This document shows positions 1 through 7,799 of a stretch of 58,710 nucleotides of DNA, in pieces. The notes beneath the pieces were generated by a model. It saw only the letters and a list, made by a program, of their open reading frames with translations, had not been told where the DNA came from and searched no databases. This DNA is from an uncultured Phycisphaeraceae bacterium (GTDB lineage: Bacteria > Planctomycetota > Phycisphaerae > Phycisphaerales > Phycisphaeraceae): positions 7,517 to 66,226 of the forward strand of contig CAZUUQ010000004.1 of the NCBI GenBank assembly GCA_964622625.1, written 5' to 3'. Position numbers and translations under genes: made by a program. Each line of letters opens with the position of its first letter. Position 1 is the stretch's first letter.

Positions 1-558
1 GTGGCCGCCCAGGGCGACGGCAAGAAGATCTCGATCAACAACGAGCAGCTCGACATCGAGATCATCCTCAACGACACGCGGTCGCAGACGGTGGGCAACA
101 ACAGCGTGCTCACCATCACCGGCGGCGGGGCCCGCTTCAACCTCGGCCCGGACGCCAACCTCAACAACCAGGTGGTCCTCGGCATCCGCAACGTCAACAC
201 CACGAACCTCGGCAGCCGCACCACGGCGTTCATCAACACGCTGGCTTCGGGTGGCGTCAACAACCTGCTGACCGGCGACATTGACACGGCTCAGCAGGCG
301 GTGAACGCGGCCATCGACCAGGTCAGCGGTCTGCGCGGGCGCCTGGGCGCGTTCCAGAAGAACACGGTGGGCGCGACGATCCGCACCCTGGGCGTGTCAC
401 TGGAGAACATCAGCGCGGCCGAGAGCGCCATCCGCGATACCGACTTCGCGGAGGCGACGGCCGAGCTGGCCCGCAACCAGATCCTGGTGCAGGCAGCCAG
501 CAGCATGCTGAATATCAGCAATGCCCAGTCGCAGAACGTGCTGTTCCTGCTGCAGTGA
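1..558 (+). CDS. fliC: Flagellin, C-terminal part (5' end truncated by the window edge)
   Basis: The ORF is open from the window edge. It carries the flagellin D1/D0 C-terminal signature LRGRLGAFQKNTVGATIR...AELARNQILVQAA and is paralogous to the two downstream flagellins. Confidence 0.9.
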   Translation: MAAQGDGKKISINNEQLDIEIILNDTRSQTVGNNSVLTITGGGARFNLGPDANLNNQVVLGIRNVNTTNLGSRTTAFINTLASGGVNNLLTGDIDTAQQAVNAAIDQVSGLRGRLGAFQKNTVGATIRTLGVSLENISAAESAIRDTDFAEATAELARNQILVQAASSMLNISNAQSQNVLFLLQ

Positions 559-630
559 ATTGACACGGCCTTCGGCGCCGGTGTGGGCCTGTTGCGTCCG
601 ACCGGCGAACCGCAACCAAGTCAGGCCAAG

Positions 631-660
631 AGGCGGTCGCGCAAGCGGCCGCCTTTTTTT
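631..660 (+). terminator. Rho-independent terminator after flagellin 1
   Basis: A 10-bp GC-rich stem aggcggtcgc/gcggccgcct (one mismatch) with a gcaa loop is followed by a T7 run. Confidence 0.6.
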
Positions 661-791
661 CTGTGCGTTACGCGGTTATCGGACGGTTCGCATGCCGCGG
701 CGGCTGCGGTGTCGGTCTGAATGGATTACAGCGGCCGCACGGTTTGGGGCGGGGGGGAAGACTTTTCGCGCTGGAATGTCTGTGGCGGACT

Positions 792-818
792 TAAGGCGCA
801 CGCGGCCTGCGCCGATGC
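792..818 (+). promoter_or_regulatory. Sigma-28 (FliA)-like promoter for flagellin 2
   Basis: TAAG-N15-GCCGATGC compares with the consensus TAAA-N15-GCCGATAA and lies about 70 nt upstream of the ATG at 890. Confidence 0.4.
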
Positions 819-889
819 TGCCGGTTGTAGGGATCCGCGAAAGGACCAACCAACCCGCACGTGACGTCGATCACGGAGGAGCCAGGACC

Positions 890-2392
890 ATGAGCCGCAT
901 CATCACGAACGTTCCGTCACTTCTGGCCCAGCGCGTTCTGGGGCAGAACAACCGCACCCTGAACCAGTCGCTCGAACGCCTGAGCACGGGTTTCCGCGTC
1001 AACCGCGGGGCCGATGACCCGGCCGGCCTGATCGCCAGCGAGAAGCTGCGGTCCGAGAAGGCGGCGATCACCGCCGCGATCGGCAATGCCGAGCGGGCCG
1101 ACCAGGTGGTCAACATCGCTGAGGGCGGGCTTCAGGAGATCAACAGCCTGCTGATCGAGCTGCAGGGACTGGTGGGCGGTTCGGCCAACGAGGCCGGCCT
1201 GTCTACTGAGGAGCTCGAGGCCAATCAGCTCCAGGTGGACTCGATCCTCCAGACCATAGACCGCATCGCCTCCACCACCAGTTTCCAGGGCATCAAGCTC
1301 CTCAACGGCACGTACGACTACGACATCACCAGTCAGCACGGTAAGGTTCTGGACTACCAGATCAACGCCGCGAAGCTGGAAAGCGGCGACACGCGCAATG
1401 TGTCGGTGGTCATCACGCAGTCGGCCCAGAACGGCGTGGTGTTCCTGTCCATGGGAGCCGCGTCGCTGGTGACCGGCGGCGAGAGCTTCCGCTTCGAGAT
1501 CGCCGGGGCCGACGGGGCCCGCGAGTTCAGCTTCGCCTCAGCCACCACGTTGACCAACATGGCTGACCAGATCAACACGTTCAAGAGCGTGACCGGTGTG
1601 TCGGCGACCGTCGTCGGCGGCACGAACATTCAATTGGCCAGCACGGAGTATGGCAGCACCAATTTCGTGAAGTTCAAGATGCTCGATGCCGGCACACAGG
1701 CGGGCAGCGTCCGCCTCGCCTCGTCGGTCAACCAGAACGCCATCGACACCTCCACCGGTGATACGTTTGTCAACCTGGAGGGTTCGAGCGAGGTTAAGGA
1801 TGACGGCCAGGACGTGGGGGCGACGATTAACGGTATCGCGGCCACGGGTGATGGCAACATCGCCCGGATCAACACCGACTTCCTGGATCTGTCGATCACG
1901 CTCAGCGCCAACGGGGCGCAGACACTGGCCAGCTTCGACGCCTTCACCGTCACCGGCGGGGGTGCGAAGTTCAACCTCGGGCCGAACGTGGACATCACCA
2001 ACCAGGTGAGCCTCGGCATCAAGGACGTGGCGACGCGCAAGCTGGGCCGCGTGGGCGTGGGCTACCTCGATGCTCTGGCCCAGGGCCGGGCGTCAAACGT
2101 GGTCAACGGGGCGCGCGAGACGGCCCAGAAGATCGTCAACGCGGCGATCGACCAGGTGTCAAGCCTTCGTGGTCGCCTGGGCGCGTTCCAGAAGAACACC
2201 GTCGGGGCGACAATCCGGTCGCTGGGCGTGGCGTTGGAGAACACCAGCGCGGCCGAAAGCACGATCCGCGACACGAATTTCGCCGCTGAGACGGCCGAAT
2301 TGACCCGCAACCAGATCCTGGTGCAGGCAGCGACCAACACCCTGGCCCTGGCCAACAGCCAGCCGCAATCGGTGCTGCAGTTGCTCGGATAG
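890..2392 (+). CDS. fliC: Flagellin (500 aa)
   Basis: The N-terminus MSRIITNVPSLLAQRVLGQNN..LSTGFRVNRGADDPAGL and the C-terminus LRGRLGAFQKNT..NQILVQAA are typical flagellin. The ATG at 890 is preceded by ggagga. The ORF-track start at 521 is an upstream read-through. Confidence 0.93.
   Translation: MSRIITNVPSLLAQRVLGQNNRTLNQSLERLSTGFRVNRGADDPAGLIASEKLRSEKAAITAAIGNAERADQVVNIAEGGLQEINSLLIELQGLVGGSANEAGLSTEELEANQLQVDSILQTIDRIASTTSFQGIKLLNGTYDYDITSQHGKVLDYQINAAKLESGDTRNVSVVITQSAQNGVVFLSMGAASLVTGGESFRFEIAGADGAREFSFASATTLTNMADQINTFKSVTGVSATVVGGTNIQLASTEYGSTNFVKFKMLDAGTQAGSVRLASSVNQNAIDTSTGDTFVNLEGSSEVKDDGQDVGATINGIAATGDGNIARINTDFLDLSITLSANGAQTLASFDAFTVTGGGAKFNLGPNVDITNQVSLGIKDVATRKLGRVGVGYLDALAQGRASNVVNGARETAQKIVNAAIDQVSSLRGRLGAFQKNTVGATIRSLGVALENTSAAESTIRDTNFAAETAELTRNQILVQAATNTLALANSQPQSVLQLLG
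1067..2344. repeat. Copy A of an apparently identical 1278-bp block shared by flagellins 2 and 3
   Basis: At an offset of 1848 nt I found no nucleotide differences in the lines compared. The proteins and the antisense shadow ORFs in the track are also identical across this span. Confidence 0.85.
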
Positions 2393-2429
2393 TTCGGCGA
2401 CAGAAAATCTCCCGGTTGGTTTGATCGCA

Positions 2430-2455
2430 AACCCCGCCCCCTCGGCGGGGTTTTT
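2430..2455 (+). terminator. Rho-independent terminator after flagellin 2
   Basis: The hairpin aaccccgcc-ccctc-ggcggggtt is followed by a T run. Confidence 0.6.
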
Positions 2456-2484
2456 GCATGTCCGCCGACTGTCGTTGCGGCCAG

Positions 2485-2511
2485 TAGTTGATTATCGGTC
2501 CGTTCCGATAA
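2485..2511 (+). promoter_or_regulatory. Possible sigma-28-like element / palindrome upstream of flagellin 3
   Basis: TAGT-N15-TCCGATAA is present. The -10-like box is one arm of the inverted repeat TTATCGG-N6-CCGATAA (2492-2511). It lies about 225 nt upstream of the ATG, so its role as a promoter is uncertain. Confidence 0.25.
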
Positions 2512-2737
2512 GCGGAAATCGGAAAAACTGTTACCTGCCGTACAGACTGAACACCGACAGTTCACGTGCGGAAGCTGTGCCGGACTTGCTGGTCGGCTGC
2601 CGCACCGAACCCCCAGACGCGAGGCGTGTGGCCTCGCGGCCCAAGCATCAGGGTTGGATCGGATTCTGGAGATACGGTTACAGGGGCAGGAGGCCCGAGT
2701 CCCTTTTTCGTGAGAAGCATCACGGAGGACCTTCACC

Positions 2738-4240
2738 ATGAGTCGCATCATCACCAACGTTCCGTCGCTCCTGGCCCAGCGCGTATTGGGGCAGAACAAC
2801 AGATCGCTCAACCAATCGCTGGAACGGTTGAGCACCGGCTACCGCATCAACCGCGGCGCCGATGATCCGGCCGGCCTGATCGCCAGCGAAAAGCTGCGAT
2901 CGGAGAAGGCCGCCATCACCGCCGCGATCGGCAATGCCGAGCGGGCCGACCAGGTGGTCAACATCGCTGAGGGCGGGCTTCAGGAGATCAACAGCCTGCT
3001 GATCGAGCTGCAGGGACTGGTGGGCGGTTCGGCCAACGAGGCCGGCCTGTCTACTGAGGAGCTCGAGGCCAATCAGCTCCAGGTGGACTCGATCCTCCAG
3101 ACCATAGACCGCATCGCCTCCACCACCAGTTTCCAGGGCATCAAGCTCCTCAACGGCACGTACGACTACGACATCACCAGTCAGCACGGTAAGGTTCTGG
3201 ACTACCAGATCAACGCCGCGAAGCTGGAAAGCGGCGACACGCGCAATGTGTCGGTGGTCATCACGCAGTCGGCCCAGAACGGCGTGGTGTTCCTGTCCAT
3301 GGGAGCCGCGTCGCTGGTGACCGGCGGCGAGAGCTTCCGCTTCGAGATCGCCGGGGCCGACGGGGCCCGCGAGTTCAGCTTCGCCTCAGCCACCACGTTG
3401 ACCAACATGGCTGACCAGATCAACACGTTCAAGAGCGTGACCGGTGTGTCGGCGACCGTCGTCGGCGGCACGAACATTCAATTGGCCAGCACGGAGTATG
3501 GCAGCACCAATTTCGTGAAGTTCAAGATGCTCGATGCCGGCACACAGGCGGGCAGCGTCCGCCTCGCCTCGTCGGTCAACCAGAACGCCATCGACACCTC
3601 CACCGGTGATACGTTTGTCAACCTGGAGGGTTCGAGCGAGGTTAAGGATGACGGCCAGGACGTGGGGGCGACGATTAACGGTATCGCGGCCACGGGTGAT
3701 GGCAACATCGCCCGGATCAACACCGACTTCCTGGATCTGTCGATCACGCTCAGCGCCAACGGGGCGCAGACACTGGCCAGCTTCGACGCCTTCACCGTCA
3801 CCGGCGGGGGTGCGAAGTTCAACCTCGGGCCGAACGTGGACATCACCAACCAGGTGAGCCTCGGCATCAAGGACGTGGCGACGCGCAAGCTGGGCCGCGT
3901 GGGCGTGGGCTACCTCGATGCTCTGGCCCAGGGCCGGGCGTCAAACGTGGTCAACGGGGCGCGCGAGACGGCCCAGAAGATCGTCAACGCGGCGATCGAC
4001 CAGGTGTCAAGCCTTCGTGGTCGCCTGGGCGCGTTCCAGAAGAACACCGTCGGGGCGACAATCCGGTCGCTGGGCGTGGCGTTGGAGAACACCAGCGCGG
4101 CCGAAAGCACGATCCGCGACACGAATTTCGCCGCTGAGACGGCCGAATTGACCCGCAACCAGATCCTGGTGCAGGCAGCGACCAACACCCTGTCCCTGGC
4201 CAACAGCCAGCCGCAATCGGTGTTGCAGCTTCTGGGATGA
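2738..4240 (+). CDS. fliC: Flagellin (500 aa), near-identical paralog of 890..2392
   Basis: It has the same length and the same termini. It differs from the previous copy only in about the first 60 and last 16 codons. Confidence 0.93.
   Translation: MSRIITNVPSLLAQRVLGQNNRSLNQSLERLSTGYRINRGADDPAGLIASEKLRSEKAAITAAIGNAERADQVVNIAEGGLQEINSLLIELQGLVGGSANEAGLSTEELEANQLQVDSILQTIDRIASTTSFQGIKLLNGTYDYDITSQHGKVLDYQINAAKLESGDTRNVSVVITQSAQNGVVFLSMGAASLVTGGESFRFEIAGADGAREFSFASATTLTNMADQINTFKSVTGVSATVVGGTNIQLASTEYGSTNFVKFKMLDAGTQAGSVRLASSVNQNAIDTSTGDTFVNLEGSSEVKDDGQDVGATINGIAATGDGNIARINTDFLDLSITLSANGAQTLASFDAFTVTGGGAKFNLGPNVDITNQVSLGIKDVATRKLGRVGVGYLDALAQGRASNVVNGARETAQKIVNAAIDQVSSLRGRLGAFQKNTVGATIRSLGVALENTSAAESTIRDTNFAAETAELTRNQILVQAATNTLSLANSQPQSVLQLLG
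2915..4192. repeat. Copy B of the 1278-bp identical flagellin block
   Basis: See copy A. The first mismatches flanking the block are at 1066/2914 and 2345/4193. Confidence 0.85.
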
Positions 4241-4312
4241 CGCAAGAGAACAGTGAATGATCGGATCAACGCTGGAGCGCCCGCGCAGGCGGGCATCCGA
4301 TCACTGATGCGG

Positions 4313-4348
4313 GGCGGCGGCCGTCAAGGTCGCCGCCTTTTTCCTTTT
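4313..4348 (+). terminator. Rho-independent terminator after flagellin 3
   Basis: The stem ggcggcggcc/ggtcgccgcc (one mismatch) with a gtcaa loop is followed by TTTTT. Confidence 0.55.
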
Positions 4349-4671
4349 GGGGGAAGTCCCAAGGCCGCAGAATCAAAAACAAAATGGGAATGTGATATTC
4401 AGGCCGTCGCACTGCGGACAAGGCGCGCTCGCTGAGACCGACTTTTGGCCCTCGCTCCAGTTTTCTTTCCTACCCGAGCTTCGAGATTGCACAGCCGGAC
4501 GCAGTGCGACGCCAGGAACCCAAGCTGGGTTTTCCGACGGAGCGACCTTGCACGGGTGTTCCGGGGCTGCGGGCCGGGACAGGGTGCAGGGTTGGTGGCG
4601 TAGCCAACCAGAGTCTGCTATAAAGGGACAAGTAAAGATATAAATGTCTCAACTGCTCGGAGGAAGGCCTC

Positions 4672-6084
4672 ATGCGGATCTCGACATTGTCAGGCGTGTC
4701 GTGTCTGATTTTTGCGTTGACAGTACTGCCCTCGCAGGGGCAGAGCATCGGCGTGAACGGCGTTGATGAGAGCATACGGGCAGAACTTGAAGCCCTTCGG
4801 ACTGTAGTCACAGCCCAGCAGCAGCAGCTTGACCAGCAGGCGGCCGAGATGGCCAGGATGCGCCAGCAGCAGCAGGCCGCCTGGTTCGACCAGAGCAGAC
4901 AGGCGGAGGTTGACCAGATCGCCGAAGACGTGCTCAGTGCAGCCGCGGACGTCGATCAGAACCAGCAATTGGCAGGGTGGGACAACGGCTTCTTTCTGCA
5001 GGCGGCCGACAACAGCTTCCGCCTCCAGTTGCTCGGCCAGATTCAGGTGCGTCACGTTTTCGCGGTTCAGCAGGACACCGCCGACCCCAGCAGCGACGAC
5101 GTGACCAACGGCTTTGAGATCTCTCGCTTCCGCCTGGGCGTCAAGGGCCACGTTGTCGATCCGAGCTGGCAGTTCTATTACTGGGGGGGCCACGGCTCCA
5201 GCGGCGACTATCTGCCCCTGGACGTATGGATCCGCAAGCAGATCAACGAGAACTGGTGGGTTCAGGCCGGCCAGTTCAAGGTGCCGCTGTGGAAGGAGTG
5301 GATCATCGGCGAGACCAGTCAGGCGTTCGTGGAGCGTTCGCTGCTGACCTATGAGTTCTGGGGCTTCTACACCGAGGGCGTGAACATCGGCTATCAGGAT
5401 GGGCCGTTTGCGGCCGTACTGTCGCTCAACGACGGCCTGAACGGCGCGGGCGCTCCGGCGGGTGTGGTCGGCGGCGGACACACCTCGCCATGGAACGAAG
5501 CCGACGTGGTGGGCACGGCCGTCACTGGCCGCGTCGACTATCTGGTGGCCGGCGACTGGAGCCGCAACAGCGACTTCCAGGCCTGGACCGGCTCCGGGCC
5601 TGACAGTGAGCTCCTGCTGGTGGTCGGCGGCGGCGGGCACTACCAGCACGGCGACTGGCACAGCAGCGGCGCCGATGAGGGCGAGGTTGTGCGCTGGACC
5701 GCCGATGTACTGACCAAGTACCGTGGTGTGAGCGTGTTCGCCGCGGTCATCGGCAACCATGTGAGCAACCTCGACCTCAGCCCCGATCTGAACCAATACG
5801 GGTTACTGCTGCAGGCCGGCTGGTTCGTGTGCGACGACCTGGAACTGCTGGCCCGCTACGAGTGGGGAGACTCCGACGTGGCCGGTGAAAGCGATCTGAG
5901 CATTATCACCGTGGGTTTCAACCGCTTCTTCGCCCGCCATCGGCTCAAGTGGAGTACAGACGTGGGTTTCGGACTCAACCCCGTCGCGGCGACGTGGGCG
6001 GCCCCGGGGGCTGGCTGGCGGGCCGACTCGCCGGGCGACAGCAGCCAGGTGGTGGTGCGATCGCAATTGCAGCTTCTGTTCTGA
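4672..6084 (+). CDS. Outer-membrane porin, OprO/P-like (Porin_O_P-type) with an N-terminal coiled coil
   Basis: It has a signal peptide MRISTLSGVSCLIFALTVLPSQGQS and a Q-rich coiled coil. The strand pattern DNGFFLQAADNSFRLQLLGQIQVRHVF is beta-barrel-like, and the C-terminal residue is Phe (..QLQLLF). An SD ggaggaagg precedes the ATG. Confidence 0.55.
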   Translation: MRISTLSGVSCLIFALTVLPSQGQSIGVNGVDESIRAELEALRTVVTAQQQQLDQQAAEMARMRQQQQAAWFDQSRQAEVDQIAEDVLSAAADVDQNQQLAGWDNGFFLQAADNSFRLQLLGQIQVRHVFAVQQDTADPSSDDVTNGFEISRFRLGVKGHVVDPSWQFYYWGGHGSSGDYLPLDVWIRKQINENWWVQAGQFKVPLWKEWIIGETSQAFVERSLLTYEFWGFYTEGVNIGYQDGPFAAVLSLNDGLNGAGAPAGVVGGGHTSPWNEADVVGTAVTGRVDYLVAGDWSRNSDFQAWTGSGPDSELLLVVGGGGHYQHGDWHSSGADEGEVVRWTADVLTKYRGVSVFAAVIGNHVSNLDLSPDLNQYGLLLQAGWFVCDDLELLARYEWGDSDVAGESDLSIITVGFNRFFARHRLKWSTDVGFGLNPVAATWAAPGAGWRADSPGDSSQVVVRSQLQLLF

Positions 6085-6177
6085 CGGCACGACTTCGCAT
6101 CGCGGTTCCATTCCTGTCCCCTGCACGGACCGCGAGCGGCGACAGATTCAACTCCTGTCTGGAAAGGAGCGTTTTTC

Positions 6178-7653
6178 ATGGACGCGACGGTGACGAGCGG
6201 AGGGACGCGCTATCGCGTGCTGCTGGGCGCGATCGTGGTGCAACTGATCCTGGGAACGGTGTATGGTTACAGCATCTTCTGGCCGCCGCTGGAGTCGGAA
6301 GTCGGCCTGCCGCAGCACATGGCCAACTGGGCCTTCGCCATCTGCGTGCTGGCATTCTCCGCCACCATGGTGATCGCCGGGCGGGTGCAGGACATCATGG
6401 GCCCGCGGGTTCCGGCCATCATCGGCGGCGTGCTGATGGGTACGGGCTTCCTGTTGGCCAGTTTCATGCACTCGCCGATGGTCTTTCTGCTGGCGCATGC
6501 GGCCTTCGTCGGCGTGGTGGGCATCGTGCTGCTGATGCTGTCGCATGCGCTGCTGGGCAAACTTGATCCCGAGCAGGTGCCCGCGGTCCGCTACGTCCCA
6601 CTGGGCATCATCGCCGCAGTCGTGACGGCCGGGGTCATGCTCGGCAACGAGTATGTCGGACGCATGCAGGAATTCGACCAGTTGTTCCTGCTGTGGGGCA
6701 CCGTCGGTTTCATGGCCGGCGCGGGCATCGGCTTCGCCTACGTCTGTCCTATCGCCGCTCTGGTCAAGTGGTTCCCCGGCCACAAGGGATTGATGGCTGG
6801 TCTGGCCGTGGCGGGCTTCGGTTTCGGCGCCTTCATCTTCAGCAATAAGGATCTGATCTTCAGTGCCGAGAGCTTCATCCATGACTACGGCATCGTGTCG
6901 CTGTTCCGCATTCACGGCCTGGTGTGCCTTGTGGCGGTGACGCTGGGGGCCATGATGCTCAGCAACCCGCCGGGCACCGCTCTGAAAGTTGCCGGCGCGG
7001 GCGAGTCGGTGTGGCAGGACACGCTGCGCCGGCCGGCGTTCTACGTGTTGTGGCTGATGTATTTCTCCGGCTCACTGGCGGGGCTGATGGTCATAGGCAT
7101 TCTCAAGCCGTTCGCTGGTACGCAGCTTGTGGACGCCGCCGGGGGTGCCGACGCCCTCGATGCGGCGACGCATGCGGATCTGCTGGCGCGCGGTGTGGCG
7201 ACCGTCTGGTGGCTGGCCATCTTCAATGCCGTGGGACGCATCGTATGGGGGTTCGTCTCTGACCGCGTCGGGCGTACCACTGCCTTCGTGGCCATGTTTG
7301 GTTTTCAGGCCGTCGTCATGTTCGTGCTCGTGGGGTTGAAGACAGAACTGACGCTGGCGGCGGGAGCGTCGCTGGTGGGTTTCAATTACGGCGGCTGCTT
7401 CGCCCTGTTTCCGTCGGCGACGGCGGATATGTTCGGCTCGAAGAATCTTGGAGCCAACTACGGCTGGCTTTTCACAAGCTACGGTATGGCGGGGGTGGTG
7501 GGGATCGCGGCCGGCAACGCGGCGATGACCATGACCGGCTCGTACGCGGCGGCGTTCGCGTTCGCGGCGGTTTTGTGCCTGATTTCGGCGGTTCTGGCAG
7601 CGGGTTTGGGGGCGCAGCGGCGGCGGGCGGTGCAGTCGGCCGGAGCCGGGTGA
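6178..7653 (+). CDS. MFS transporter, oxalate/formate antiporter (OFA)-like family
   Basis: About 12 hydrophobic helices are visible. The N-terminus RYRVLLGAIVVQLILGTVYGYSIFWPPLE is typical of OFA-type MFS proteins. An SD ggaaaggag is present. Confidence 0.75.
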   Translation: MDATVTSGGTRYRVLLGAIVVQLILGTVYGYSIFWPPLESEVGLPQHMANWAFAICVLAFSATMVIAGRVQDIMGPRVPAIIGGVLMGTGFLLASFMHSPMVFLLAHAAFVGVVGIVLLMLSHALLGKLDPEQVPAVRYVPLGIIAAVVTAGVMLGNEYVGRMQEFDQLFLLWGTVGFMAGAGIGFAYVCPIAALVKWFPGHKGLMAGLAVAGFGFGAFIFSNKDLIFSAESFIHDYGIVSLFRIHGLVCLVAVTLGAMMLSNPPGTALKVAGAGESVWQDTLRRPAFYVLWLMYFSGSLAGLMVIGILKPFAGTQLVDAAGGADALDAATHADLLARGVATVWWLAIFNAVGRIVWGFVSDRVGRTTAFVAMFGFQAVVMFVLVGLKTELTLAAGASLVGFNYGGCFALFPSATADMFGSKNLGANYGWLFTSYGMAGVVGIAAGNAAMTMTGSYAAAFAFAAVLCLISAVLAAGLGAQRRRAVQSAGAG

Positions 7654-7799
7654 TGGTATGATGACCCACCGTCCAGCGGCGATGTCCATCGCTGTGTCAT
7701 CTTGAGGCGTATCCAGCCGATCCCGCGACATCCGCGGGCGTCAGTTTGCGGCAGAGCGACAGCATATGAGTCAGGATTAAGTCAGAAGGAGCCAGACGC

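Noticed and set aside
521-889. The ORF-track flagellin ORF (521..2392, 623 aa) has a 123-codon N-terminal extension.
   Set aside because: The extension crosses the upstream terminator and the promoter-like region and translates to Arg/Cys-rich non-protein-like sequence. The canonical flagellin N-terminus MSRIITN starts at 890 behind a good SD.
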